DNA of 29,449 nucleotides from Chloroflexia bacterium. GTDB lineage: Bacteria; Chloroflexota; Chloroflexia; Thermomicrobiales; UBA6265. Where the stretch lies: positions 1-29,449 of the forward strand of contig JACCUV010000164.1 in the NCBI GenBank assembly GCA_013698495.1, in the 5' to 3' direction. The notes beneath the pieces are model-generated. The model was given only the letters and a program-made list of their open reading frames with translations. It was not told the origin of the DNA and did no database searches. The first letter of the stretch is position 1. The number at the start of each line of letters is the position of its first letter. A program made the position numbers and the translations under genes. This document shows, in pieces, positions 15,436 to 24,548 of this stretch.

Positions 15436-15538
15436 GTTGGAACCTCCATTACCCTCCGGCGAATCGAACGCATGATTCTACCAGATCGCAAAATTGGGCC
15501 AGTCCACATATCCACCCGGGCGGTCAGGGGAAACGGCC

Positions 15539-16654
15539 ATGTTGAAAACGACATCTTTCCACGTGCATCCACCCCGCCCGTTGTCGTCGACGATGAAGTC
15601 AGTGCCGCTCCTGTACAAGGTGCTCATCGCCAACGTGGCGATTGTCATGTTTGGCGCGATCGCGGGCACGTACGTGACCGCGACAACATTTCAGGATGCC
15701 GACGTCCCTTCCCGCTTCGAACTCATGCTCGTGTACGTTGCGATAGGGGTGATACTGAGCGTGGGCGTGAATTATCTGGTGCTCAGGGCTGCGTTTCAAC
15801 CGCTCGATAGTCTGGAGCGGTTGGCTGAGGCGGTCCGAAGCGGCGATCTTTCGGCACGGGCGCACCCACTTCCCTTTAGCGACCCCCAGCTCTCCCGCTT
15901 GGTCCAGACTTTCGATGACACGCTGGACGAACTCGAGGCCGCCCGCGACAGACTGCGAGTGCTCACAATGCAAGTGATCGAAGCTCAGGAGGCTGAACGG
16001 AAGCGGATTGCTCGTGAGCTTCACGACGATACCGCGCAGGTGCTCTTCGCCCAGCTCCTGCGGGTCACAGCCTTGACCTCGTCGCCTCACGAGGCCGTGC
16101 GGGAGGTTGCGACGTCGCTGGAGTCGTTGACCGTGGAGGCCATCGAAGGAGTTCGCCGTCTGGCGCTGGAACTCCGCCCACCGGCCCTCGACGATCTCGG
16201 TGTGCGCGAGGCATTGGCCGACCTCGCGCAACGCTTCGCCGAGAACACAGGCTTGGTGGTGGACCTGGAGGTCACCGGCAATCGCGATCGGCTCTCGCCG
16301 GAAATAGAACTGGTGCTGTACCGCGTGGCTCAGGAGGCGCTCACCAACGTTGCCAAACACGCCAGCGCTACCAGCGCCACCGTCACCTTGAGCCGGACAT
16401 TCGATCGGGTCGATCTTGTGATTGACGACAATGGAACCGGATTCTTGCCGCACGACGCCAGGTTGCGGGACGAGCGCGGGCTCGGTCTCGGGCTCTTTGG
16501 CATGGAAGAGCGGGCGGCGCTGGTAGGTGGTTCGTTGAAGATACGACCTTTGGCGCCGACTGGGACCCGAGTGGCGGTGTCTGTTCCGATCGGGATGCAG
16601 AGTGAATTGACGATTGGATCGTCGAGTTCAGGGAACCTGTGGCTGCAGCGATGA
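15539..16654 (+). CDS. Membrane sensor histidine kinase (2 TM, HAMP, HisKA_3, HATPase; NarX/LiaS-type)
   Basis: ERKRIARELHDDTAQ H-box, LYRVAQEALTNVAKHA N-box, DNGTGF, and GLGLFGMEER. The start could be ATG 15593 instead. Confidence 0.93.
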   Translation: MLKTTSFHVHPPRPLSSTMKSVPLLYKVLIANVAIVMFGAIAGTYVTATTFQDADVPSRFELMLVYVAIGVILSVGVNYLVLRAAFQPLDSLERLAEAVRSGDLSARAHPLPFSDPQLSRLVQTFDDTLDELEAARDRLRVLTMQVIEAQEAERKRIARELHDDTAQVLFAQLLRVTALTSSPHEAVREVATSLESLTVEAIEGVRRLALELRPPALDDLGVREALADLAQRFAENTGLVVDLEVTGNRDRLSPEIELVLYRVAQEALTNVAKHASATSATVTLSRTFDRVDLVIDDNGTGFLPHDARLRDERGLGLGLFGMEERAALVGGSLKIRPLAPTGTRVAVSVPIGMQSELTIGSSSSGNLWLQR

Positions 16655-17328
16655 CCCAACCAGAGACTCTAACGATTCGGGTGTTGCTTGCCGATGACCA
16701 CGGCATTGTGCGAGCCGGTCTGCGGGCGTTGCTCGAGGCACAGGCGGACATTGAGGTCGTCGCCGAGGCCGAGAGTGGCCCCGAGGCGATTCTCGCCGCC
16801 CGCGAACATGAACCTACGGTGGTCGTGGCGGACCTCTCCATGCCGGGTGGCGGTCTGGAGGCGATCCGTGAAATCACGGCGTTGCAGTTGACCAGTCGGA
16901 TCCTGGTGCTCACCGTTCATGCCGAGGAGCGCTATCTTCTTCCGGTGCTCCAAGCCGGCGGGTCCGGCTATGTGCGCAAGTCAAGCGCCCACACCGACTT
17001 GCTCGATGCAATCCGCACAGTCGCCCGTGGCGAGGTCTTTCTTGATCCCGCCGCAACCAAAACCCTGTTGCGGGGATACCTCGGCCGGGTCAAGACCGGC
17101 GATGAGCTCGATCTCGGCGAGGTTCTCTCCGACCGCGAGCGTGAAGTGGTCAAGCTTACCGCCGAAGGTTATACCGCGCAGCAGGCCGCAGACATCCTGT
17201 CATTGTCGCCGAAAACGGTGGAGACATATCGGCATCGCGCCATGCAAAAACTTGGACTGGCGAATCGCGCCGAATTGGTTCACTATGCGCTGAGAGCAGG
17301 ACTACTGACGGAGGACAATCTGCAATAA
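16651..17328 (+). CDS. NarL/LuxR-family DNA-binding response regulator
   Basis: VLLADDH, phospho-acceptor in VADLSMPG, GYVRK, and HTH LSDREREVVKL-AEG...LSLSPKTVETYR--AMQKL. ATGA overlap with the kinase stop. Confidence 0.95.
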   Translation: MTQPETLTIRVLLADDHGIVRAGLRALLEAQADIEVVAEAESGPEAILAAREHEPTVVVADLSMPGGGLEAIREITALQLTSRILVLTVHAEERYLLPVLQAGGSGYVRKSSAHTDLLDAIRTVARGEVFLDPAATKTLLRGYLGRVKTGDELDLGEVLSDREREVVKLTAEGYTAQQAADILSLSPKTVETYRHRAMQKLGLANRAELVHYALRAGLLTEDNLQ

Positions 17329-17368
17329 TGTGGGGAAACTCCCTACAGTTGTCAGGAAAATCCCTGGA
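17329..17368. promoter_or_regulatory. Two tandem 19-bp imperfect palindromes with a 21-bp period, candidate NarL-type regulator boxes
   Basis: TGTGGGGAAACTCCCTACA (17329-17347) and TGTCAGGAAAATCCCTGGA (17350-17368), followed by TTGACA at 17374-17379. Confidence 0.55.
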
Positions 17369-17581
17369 CCGCATTGACAAGAATCACAAGCCGAACCCGG
17401 CAGAGAATTACCGCTCGTCCACGTACACTGGTGTCCAACGAAGCGACATGCGATCACTGTTGACAACACGCATTTGGCGAGTTTGACGAAGTGCGACGAT
17501 TGCATCGAGCGATTCTCACGGCAGTTCAGCACGTGTTCACAATCGAAACGGCAGCAGGCGGGGAGCAACGTGTCTACTGAA

Positions 17582-18109
17582 ATGAACCAACGATCAGTCC
17601 ACCCCGGATGGTTGATGAGCGATGTCGAGGTCGTTGCAACTGCCGATGACAGCGAAGACGCCTTGCGCTTCGATGCCTTCATGCAGTTGCTGCGCACCGC
17701 CGGCGCCCTGGATCGAGCGGCCGCCGACGCGCTCTCCGATCTCGATCTCACCGCTGGGGCATTCGGCGCGCTGGTCGAGTTGGGCGCCGTTGGCTCGGAG
17801 GGCATCGCCCCATCCGAACTCGCTCGACGGTTGGCCGTCGCCCGCCGAACCGCGACCCTCTATGTCGATATCCTGACCCGCCAGGGATGGGCCAATCGCG
17901 GGGCCCATCCGGACGATCGGCGAATGGTGCTGGCGCGATTGACGACCGCTGGCGAGACGCTGCTGGCCGAACTCGGTGAGGCCTACAAGCGGCGGCTATC
18001 CCACTTGCTGGGGGAGATTACGCCACTTCAGGCCGAGCGGCTGCGCCAACTGCTCGCGCTCGTGCCGACAGACAGCCGAAACAGCAAGCCGGTTGAGTTT
18101 CCCCGCTAA
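17582..18109 (+). CDS. MarR-family transcriptional regulator
   Basis: LDLTAGAFGALVEL, IAPSELARRL-V-R-TAT--VD-L--QGW, wing HPDDRR-VLARLT--GE. Start uncertain (GTG 17570, ATG 17582 or ATG 17615). Confidence 0.88.
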   Translation: MNQRSVHPGWLMSDVEVVATADDSEDALRFDAFMQLLRTAGALDRAAADALSDLDLTAGAFGALVELGAVGSEGIAPSELARRLAVARRTATLYVDILTRQGWANRGAHPDDRRMVLARLTTAGETLLAELGEAYKRRLSHLLGEITPLQAERLRQLLALVPTDSRNSKPVEFPR

Positions 18110-20256
18110 TCGTTGGCACGACCTTGCAGCAACAAGATGGATCGGCCAGGGACCACGACTGCGGTTCGTTCGTCGTGCCGAGCGGTTGACCGACCGGTCG
18201 CATTCCCAGTGTCGAGTACAACCTCCCAGGTATGGACGGTCTCCTCGCGATTGATCGCGGGAAGTGTGAACGTTATTGGTTCCGACGCCGCGTGAACGAT
18301 CATCATCATTGTCGGTGTCGTAATCGATCCACCCTCGGCGTCTGACTCGTCAATCGAGTCTCCCGCCAATCTCAGTCCAATTGTTGCCGAACCGGCAGCC
18401 CAATCGCCGTCGTTCATCAACTCGCCATCCGGCCGAATCCAGGAAATGTCCCTCAGGCTGCCTGGCGCCGCGGGGCGGCCCTTGAAAAAGCGGCGACGGC
18501 GCAGGATCGGATACGTGCGGCGTATTTCAGACAACCGCGCGACAAACTCGATCATCTGGCCCGCGGATTCATCGTGATTCCAGTCGAACCAACTGATTTC
18601 GTTGTCCTGGCAATAGGCGTTGTTGTTGCCTTGCTGGGTGCGATTGAATTCATCCCCGCCGAGGAGCATTGGGACTCCCTGCGAGAACATCAACGTCGCC
18701 AGCATGTTGCGTTGTTGGCGCCGACGAACTCCGATGATCTCCGGATCGTCCGTCGGACCTTCAATGCCATAGTTGGACGAGACGTTGTGGTAGTGTCCAT
18801 CCTCGTTGCTTTCTCCGTTGGCGTCGTTGTGCTTTTCACTGTACGAAACGAGATCGTTGAGGGTGAACCCGTCGTGTGTGGTGATCAGGTTCACGCTCGA
18901 CCGTGGTCCCCGGCCCGATGCTTCGTAAATGTCCGACGAACCCGTGAGCCGATACCCCATATCGGCGATCGCCAGACTGTCTGCTTGCCAAAACCCCCGA
19001 ATCGCATCGCGGTACTTGTCGTTCCACTCCGACCAGAGGACGGGAAATGCGCCAACCTGATAGCCGCCTTCGCCAATGTCCCACGGTTCGGCGATCAGCT
19101 TGATCTGGGAGAGCACGGGATCCTGGTGAATGGCGTCGAACAGGCCCCCGAGGGCGTCGAACTCGTAGTGTTCCCGTCCGATTGTGGTGGCGAGATCGAA
19201 TCGGAATCCGTCAACATGCATGTCCTGCACCCAATAGCGAAGGCTATCGAGAATCATCGTCAGGACCTGGGGATGCGCGGCCTTGACCGAATTTCCAGTT
19301 CCGGTGAAGTCGAGGTAGTACTCCGGTTTGTCGGGCAACAGATGGTAGTAGTTGACGTTGTCGAGTCCGCGAAGCGAGATTGTCGGACCAAGGTGGTTGC
19401 CTTCGCACGTGTGGTTGTAAACCACGTCGAGAATGACTTCGATGCGTTCGGCATGCAGCAACTTGACCATCTGCTTGAATTCGACAACTTCCTGTCCGCC
19501 CGACGTTGATGCGTACTCGGCGTGGGGCGCGAAGTAGCCGATCGTGCTGTAGCCCCAGTAGTTTCTTAACCCCTGCGCCATCAGGAACTGATCGTGGGCA
19601 AGCGTGTGCACCGGTAGCAACTCAACCGCCGTGACCCCAATCGTCTTGAGGTGGGCGATCACATCGGGATGCGCGACCCCGAGGTAACCGCCGCGGTGTT
19701 CCGCGGGCACGCTGGGATGGAGTTGCGTCAGGCCCTTGACATGCGTTTCGTAAATGACCGTTTCACCCCAGGGGATAGCGGGCGGTCGATCGTCCTCCCA
19801 GTCGAACGAGCGATCGACCACGATTGACTTGGGAACGCTCGCGTCATTCGTCAGGTTGCTGATCGCCAGATCGTCTTCCGGGTCTTCGAGATCGTATCCG
19901 TACATCTGGGGACCCCAATCGACCTCCCCTTCGATCGCCCGCGCATACGGATCGATCAGGAGTTTCGAGGGATTGAAGCGGTGTCCATGTTCCGGCGTGT
20001 AGTCGCCATGTGCTCGAATGCCGTACCGGGCGCCAGGGTTGACGCCTTCGATCCAGCCGTGCCATATGTGGTTCGTGCGTTCGGGCAGGCAAATCGTCGC
20101 GGTGGGCGTATCGGAACCATCCTCAAACAGGCAAATTTCGATAGCGGAGGCGTGTTGCGAGAAGACGGCAAAGTTTGTGCCGGCGCTCTGCCATTCGGCG
20201 CCAAGGGGAAAGGGCGCGCCGGGCCGGACACCGCGCCTTGGGAGTTGATCGACCAT
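18106..20256 (-). CDS. glgX: Glycogen debranching enzyme (isoamylase, GH13_11)
   Basis: PG-PFPLGA, LLIDPYAR, IYETHVKG, NYWGYST-GYFAP, ILDVVYNHT-EG, GFRFDLA, IAEPWD, and THDGFTL. SD AGGAG. Confidence 0.96.
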   Translation of the reverse strand: MVDQLPRRGVRPGAPFPLGAEWQSAGTNFAVFSQHASAIEICLFEDGSDTPTATICLPERTNHIWHGWIEGVNPGARYGIRAHGDYTPEHGHRFNPSKLLIDPYARAIEGEVDWGPQMYGYDLEDPEDDLAISNLTNDASVPKSIVVDRSFDWEDDRPPAIPWGETVIYETHVKGLTQLHPSVPAEHRGGYLGVAHPDVIAHLKTIGVTAVELLPVHTLAHDQFLMAQGLRNYWGYSTIGYFAPHAEYASTSGGQEVVEFKQMVKLLHAERIEVILDVVYNHTCEGNHLGPTISLRGLDNVNYYHLLPDKPEYYLDFTGTGNSVKAAHPQVLTMILDSLRYWVQDMHVDGFRFDLATTIGREHYEFDALGGLFDAIHQDPVLSQIKLIAEPWDIGEGGYQVGAFPVLWSEWNDKYRDAIRGFWQADSLAIADMGYRLTGSSDIYEASGRGPRSSVNLITTHDGFTLNDLVSYSEKHNDANGESNEDGHYHNVSSNYGIEGPTDDPEIIGVRRRQQRNMLATLMFSQGVPMLLGGDEFNRTQQGNNNAYCQDNEISWFDWNHDESAGQMIEFVARLSEIRRTYPILRRRRFFKGRPAAPGSLRDISWIRPDGELMNDGDWAAGSATIGLRLAGDSIDESDAEGGSITTPTMMMIVHAASEPITFTLPAINREETVHTWEVVLDTGNATGRSTARHDERTAVVVPGRSILLLQGRAND

Positions 20257-20308
20257 GGATCGTCACGGCTCCTGATGGTGTGCTGTGTTTGTCAGATTGC
20301 GTCGGGGA

Positions 20309-20509
20309 TCAATGTTGTTGTGCCGATGTGTCGTCGAGGCCTTCCGGAATCGGCATGTCATCGAGCAAGTGAACCTGGATCAACTCAAACACGTCGTCGG
20401 CTTCCAGAAATCGTTCTTGCACAGCCTGGGCCGCCGTTGCGGCATCGTCGACATCGACGTGTGCAGTTTGTTCTTCTCCACCGATTTGATAGCGAACTTC
20501 GTATTTCAT
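20309..20509 (-). CDS. Small acidic hypothetical protein (66 aa) upstream of glgX
   Basis: ATG with SD GAGGA, protein-like pattern MKYEVRYQIGGEEQTAHVDVDD..., GC-biased codons, and the same strand as glgX 52 nt away. Confidence 0.7.
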   Translation of the reverse strand: MKYEVRYQIGGEEQTAHVDVDDAATAAQAVQERFLEADDVFELIQVHLLDDMPIPEGLDDTSAQQH

Positions 20510-20813
20510 GAGTCATCCTCTTGGGCATACAACGTCGAGGGCAACTTGATCCCGCAATCGACGGAAGTCATGGATCGTTTCGATAAAGTCAGGAGACGAT
20601 GCCGACGAACACAGTTTGCTCGTCCGGAACAATCTTACGATGCCACTGCAACCGCGCTCGAATCCAGGGAGAAAATGTCTGGACTGGTGCGCTACTCGTC
20701 GGGTCCATGGCAAATTGGCTGTGACGCGCATCCCTCATCGTTGTACCATCGTGGTCGAGCGTCAATGGTCCTGCGCTACCTGCCTGCGGCGTGCTGAAAG
20801 GAAACCACCAGCA

Positions 20814-22799
20814 GTGAACGATACGATCGCCGAAGCGCCGGGAAGCATCCTGATCGAGGATGTTGAACCGCGGTTGGATTGCGGCCGGTATCCGGTCAAA
20901 CGCGAAGTTGGCGATCGGGTCAATGTGCGCGCCGACATCTTTCGCGACGGTCACGAGGCGCTGGCCGCGGTGTTGCAATACCGCACGACAGCGGAAGAAT
21001 CGTGGCGCGAGTCGGAGATGGCATTCATCGACAACGACCGGTGGGGCGCATCCTTCATTGTCGACACGAACACCACCTACGTCTACCGGATCGAAGCGTT
21101 TCCGGACTATGCCCTGTCCTGGCACGACGAGATTGGCAAGAAGCTCGTGGCGGCGTTGGAAGTGTCCAGTGAGCTGCTGGAGGGCATCCACCTTCACGAA
21201 GCATTGCTTTCGCGGGCGACGCCCGAAGACGGTTCGACCCTGGCGGCGGCGATACTTGCCGCCCGAAGGGAGACCAGCCAGCAAAAGGCAGTTGACATCC
21301 TGTTGTCACAGGATGTACGGCACGCTGTGTTTCGATGCAGATCGCGGAAAGGCTTGGCCCAATCTTCGGAGTACGCGGTCACGGTCGATCGAGTCGAAGC
21401 GCGATATTCGGCCTGGTATTCGATGTTTCCCCGGTCCGCCGGCGTTGAGGCCGGAAAGAGCGCCACATTTCGCGATGTCGAAAACCAGCTCCCGCGTATT
21501 GTTGCAATGGGATTCGACGTCCTCTATTTCACGCCCATACACCCAATCAGCACGTCGAAGCGTAAAGGCCGGAATAATTTGCTGGAGGCGGCGCCAGGCG
21601 ATCCGGGAGTGCCGTATGCGATCGGCAACGACGACGGCGGCCACGACGCAATTCATCCCGATCTTGGGACACTCGAGGACTTCCAGCATCTCGTGGACAA
21701 AGTGGCCAGCTACGGGATGGAGATCGCCCTCGATGTCGCGTTCCAGGGCTCGCCGGAGCATCCGTGGCTCCGGGAGCACCCCGACTGGTTCTACATTCGG
21801 CCCGATGGTGTCATCAAGTTTGGGGAAAATCCGCCCAAGAAATACGAAGACATGTACCCGCTCAATTTTCAAAGCGATTCCTGGAAGGAATTGTGGGATG
21901 AGATGCTGCGGGTCATCGTGTTTTGGGTCGACCGTGGTGTGAAGATGTTTCGGGTTGACAACCCGCATACCAAACCGACCGTGTTCTGGGAATGGTTGAT
22001 CGCCCAGGTTCGAAAGACGAATCCGGAAGTCATTTTCCTTTCGGAGGCCTTCACCCGACCCAAACCGATGCAAGCTCTGGCGAAAGCCGGGTTCGCCCAG
22101 AGCTACACCTATTTTACCTGGCGCAATTTCAAGCAGGAACTTCGTGACTATGGCGAAGAGCTGACTCAGACAGAGATGAAAGAGTATTTCAGAGGGAACT
22201 TATTCACCAATACCCACGATATCTTGCCCACGATCCTTCAGGAAGGCGGTCGGCCGGCATTCCAGTTTCGGGTAGTGCTCGCCGCGACGATGTCGTCGGT
22301 GTACGGTATCTACAGTGGATATGAGTTGTGCGAAAACACGCCGGTGGCCGGAAAAGAGGAGTACCTAAACTCCGAGAAGTACGAGTACAAGGTTTGGGAT
22401 TGGGATCGCCCCGGCAATATCGCGGCCTATATCGGTCGTCTCAACGCCATTCGGCGCGAACATCTCGCCCTCCAGGAGTACGACAATCTACGATTCGTGG
22501 ACACCTCGGACGACAACGTGATTGCCTACTACAAGGCAACCGACGATCGTTCCGACATCGTGTTGGTGGTCGTCAACCTCGATCCATTTCACGCCCACGA
22601 GAGCAGTGTCCGCTTGCCGCTCGAGACACTCGGTATCGATCACGGCGGCCAGTTTCGCGCCACTGAATTGTTGACCGATGAAACTTATCTCTGGACCGGA
22701 GGCGATCAACGATTGACACTTGACCCTCACGTGAATCCGGCGATGATCTTCAGCGTCCACAAGTGGATTCATCAGGCCTTCGTTGAGCGGGACTACTAG
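20814..22799 (+). CDS. glgE: alpha-1,4-glucan:maltose-1-phosphate maltosyltransferase
   Basis: IEDVEP-LDCGRYPVKR, AWYSMFPRS, MGFDVLYFTPIHPI, FRVDNPHTKP (nucleophile), FLSEAFT (acid/base), and NSEKYE. GTG 20814 has SD AAAGGA. Confidence 0.95.
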   Translation: MNDTIAEAPGSILIEDVEPRLDCGRYPVKREVGDRVNVRADIFRDGHEALAAVLQYRTTAEESWRESEMAFIDNDRWGASFIVDTNTTYVYRIEAFPDYALSWHDEIGKKLVAALEVSSELLEGIHLHEALLSRATPEDGSTLAAAILAARRETSQQKAVDILLSQDVRHAVFRCRSRKGLAQSSEYAVTVDRVEARYSAWYSMFPRSAGVEAGKSATFRDVENQLPRIVAMGFDVLYFTPIHPISTSKRKGRNNLLEAAPGDPGVPYAIGNDDGGHDAIHPDLGTLEDFQHLVDKVASYGMEIALDVAFQGSPEHPWLREHPDWFYIRPDGVIKFGENPPKKYEDMYPLNFQSDSWKELWDEMLRVIVFWVDRGVKMFRVDNPHTKPTVFWEWLIAQVRKTNPEVIFLSEAFTRPKPMQALAKAGFAQSYTYFTWRNFKQELRDYGEELTQTEMKEYFRGNLFTNTHDILPTILQEGGRPAFQFRVVLAATMSSVYGIYSGYELCENTPVAGKEEYLNSEKYEYKVWDWDRPGNIAAYIGRLNAIRREHLALQEYDNLRFVDTSDDNVIAYYKATDDRSDIVLVVVNLDPFHAHESSVRLPLETLGIDHGGQFRATELLTDETYLWTGGDQRLTLDPHVNPAMIFSVHKWIHQAFVERDY

Positions 22800-22867
22800 C
22801 GGTTTGGGAAGGGAGATTGGCCGGCGCCAGTTGACGGACGCGGGCTCCTGGAGGGGTGGAGGACGAC

Positions 22868-24520
22868 ATGCTGAACCGCGATGAGTTGTGGTTCAAGGAC
22901 GCGATGTTTTACGAGGCGCCGATCAAGTCGTTTTTCGACTCCACCGGCGACGGCGTCGGCGACCTCGCCGGGATGACCGAGAAGCTCGATTACATTCGCG
23001 ATCTTGGCGTCGATTGCATCTGGCTGCTTCCAATGTATCCGTCTCCCGGATTGGACGACGGATACGACATTTCGGATTTCGTCAGCGTGCACCCGGATGT
23101 GGGCACGATCGAGGACTTTCGAGTATTGGTGGAAACTGCCCATTCCAAAGGGTTGCGCGTCGTTGCCGATCTGGTGATGAATCACACCTCCGACCAACAC
23201 CCCTGGTTCCAGGAATCGCGGTCGGACCCCGAATCGCCGTATCGCGACTATTACGTGTGGTCCGAAGACCCGGAGAAGTACGCCGGGGTGCGGATCATTT
23301 TCACCGACACCGAGGTATCCAACTGGACGTACGACCAGAAGGCGGGTGAATACTTTTGGCATCGATTCTTCAGCCACCAGCCTGATCTCAACTACGACAA
23401 TCCGGAAGTGCATCGCGAGATGCTGGATGTCTGCCGGTTCTGGTTGAATATCGGGTTGGATGGCTTTCGGTGCGACGCCATCCCATACCTGTACGAGCGT
23501 GAAGGCACGATCTGCGAAAATCTGCGAGAAACCCACGACTTCCTGGTGAAATTGCGGCGCGTGGTTGACGACGAGTTTCCTGGAACCGTGCTTCTGGCCG
23601 AGGCCAACCAGTGGCCCAGCGATGTGGTCGAGTACTTCGGCAGCGAGGTATCGCCCGAATTCCACATGGCCTTCCACTTCCCGTTGATGCCGCGCATGTT
23701 CATGGCGATGCGCCGGGAACTTCGCACGCCGATTGTGGAGATTATGGAATCGACCCCGGCGATCTCTGATCACAGCCAGTGGGCGATCTTCCTCCGGAAT
23801 CATGACGAACTGACGCTCGAAATGGTCACCGACGCCGAGCGAGATTACATGTACTACGAATATGCCAAAGACCCCCGGATGCGCCTGAATGTCGGCATCA
23901 GGCGGAGGTTGGCGCCGCTGCTCGACAACGGACGTCGCCAGATCGAAATGATGAACTCGTTGCTTTTCTCCATGCCGGGCAGTCCTGTCCTCTACTACGG
24001 CGACGAGATTGGGATGGGCGACAACATCTACCTCGGCGACCGGAACGGGGTGCGCACCCCGATGCAGTGGTCGGGAGATCGCAACGCCGGATTCAGCAGG
24101 GCCGACTGGGCGAGACTCTATTCTCCGGTGACGATGGATCCTGTCTACGGATTCACGGCAGTGAATGTCGAAGCCCAAACGCGGACTCCGACATCGCTGC
24201 TGAACTGGATGAAGCGGATGATCGCGGTGCGCAAGCGCTACAAGGCGTTTGGGCGAGGCACGATCCGATTCATCCATCCCGAGAACCTGAAAGTCCTGGT
24301 CTATCTTCGCGAATGGGAAGGCGAGGTCTTGCTCTGCGTCGTCAATCTCAGCCGATTCGTGCAGTACGCAGAACTCGATCTTATCGAGTTCGACGGTTGG
24401 CAACCTGTGGAATTGATCGGAGAAATTCGATTCCCGAGGATAGGTGAGTTGCCGTATTTTGTGACGCTCGGACCTCACGCTTTTTACTGGTTTCGATTGG
24501 AACGAGAGGCGTCAAACTGA
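22868..24520 (+). CDS. treS: Trehalose synthase / maltose alpha-D-glucosyltransferase (GH13_16)
   Basis: [72 protein letters not shown], and [14 protein letters not shown] 22868 has SD GGAGGA; GTG 22856 is an alternative. Confidence 0.96.
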   Translation: MLNRDELWFKDAMFYEAPIKSFFDSTGDGVGDLAGMTEKLDYIRDLGVDCIWLLPMYPSPGLDDGYDISDFVSVHPDVGTIEDFRVLVETAHSKGLRVVADLVMNHTSDQHPWFQESRSDPESPYRDYYVWSEDPEKYAGVRIIFTDTEVSNWTYDQKAGEYFWHRFFSHQPDLNYDNPEVHREMLDVCRFWLNIGLDGFRCDAIPYLYEREGTICENLRETHDFLVKLRRVVDDEFPGTVLLAEANQWPSDVVEYFGSEVSPEFHMAFHFPLMPRMFMAMRRELRTPIVEIMESTPAISDHSQWAIFLRNHDELTLEMVTDAERDYMYYEYAKDPRMRLNVGIRRRLAPLLDNGRRQIEMMNSLLFSMPGSPVLYYGDEIGMGDNIYLGDRNGVRTPMQWSGDRNAGFSRADWARLYSPVTMDPVYGFTAVNVEAQTRTPTSLLNWMKRMIAVRKRYKAFGRGTIRFIHPENLKVLVYLREWEGEVLLCVVNLSRFVQYAELDLIEFDGWQPVELIGEIRFPRIGELPYFVTLGPHAFYWFRLEREASN

Positions 24521-24548
24521 CAAGCGGATACAGGCAAGGCAATCGTTC

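Noticed and set aside
17385-17412. GCCGAACCCGGCAG resembling the 3' part of the c-di-AMP (ydaO) riboswitch
   Set aside because: The following CTAAC and the upstream GCTGAA/GGAA elements are absent.
20589-20708. 39-codon minus-strand ORF MDPTSSAP...VFVGIVS
   Set aside because: No SD and no recognisable features. It competes with another weak frame in the same gap.
22796-24478. 560-aa minus-strand ORF
   Set aside because: Exact antisense shadow of treS with no independent signals.
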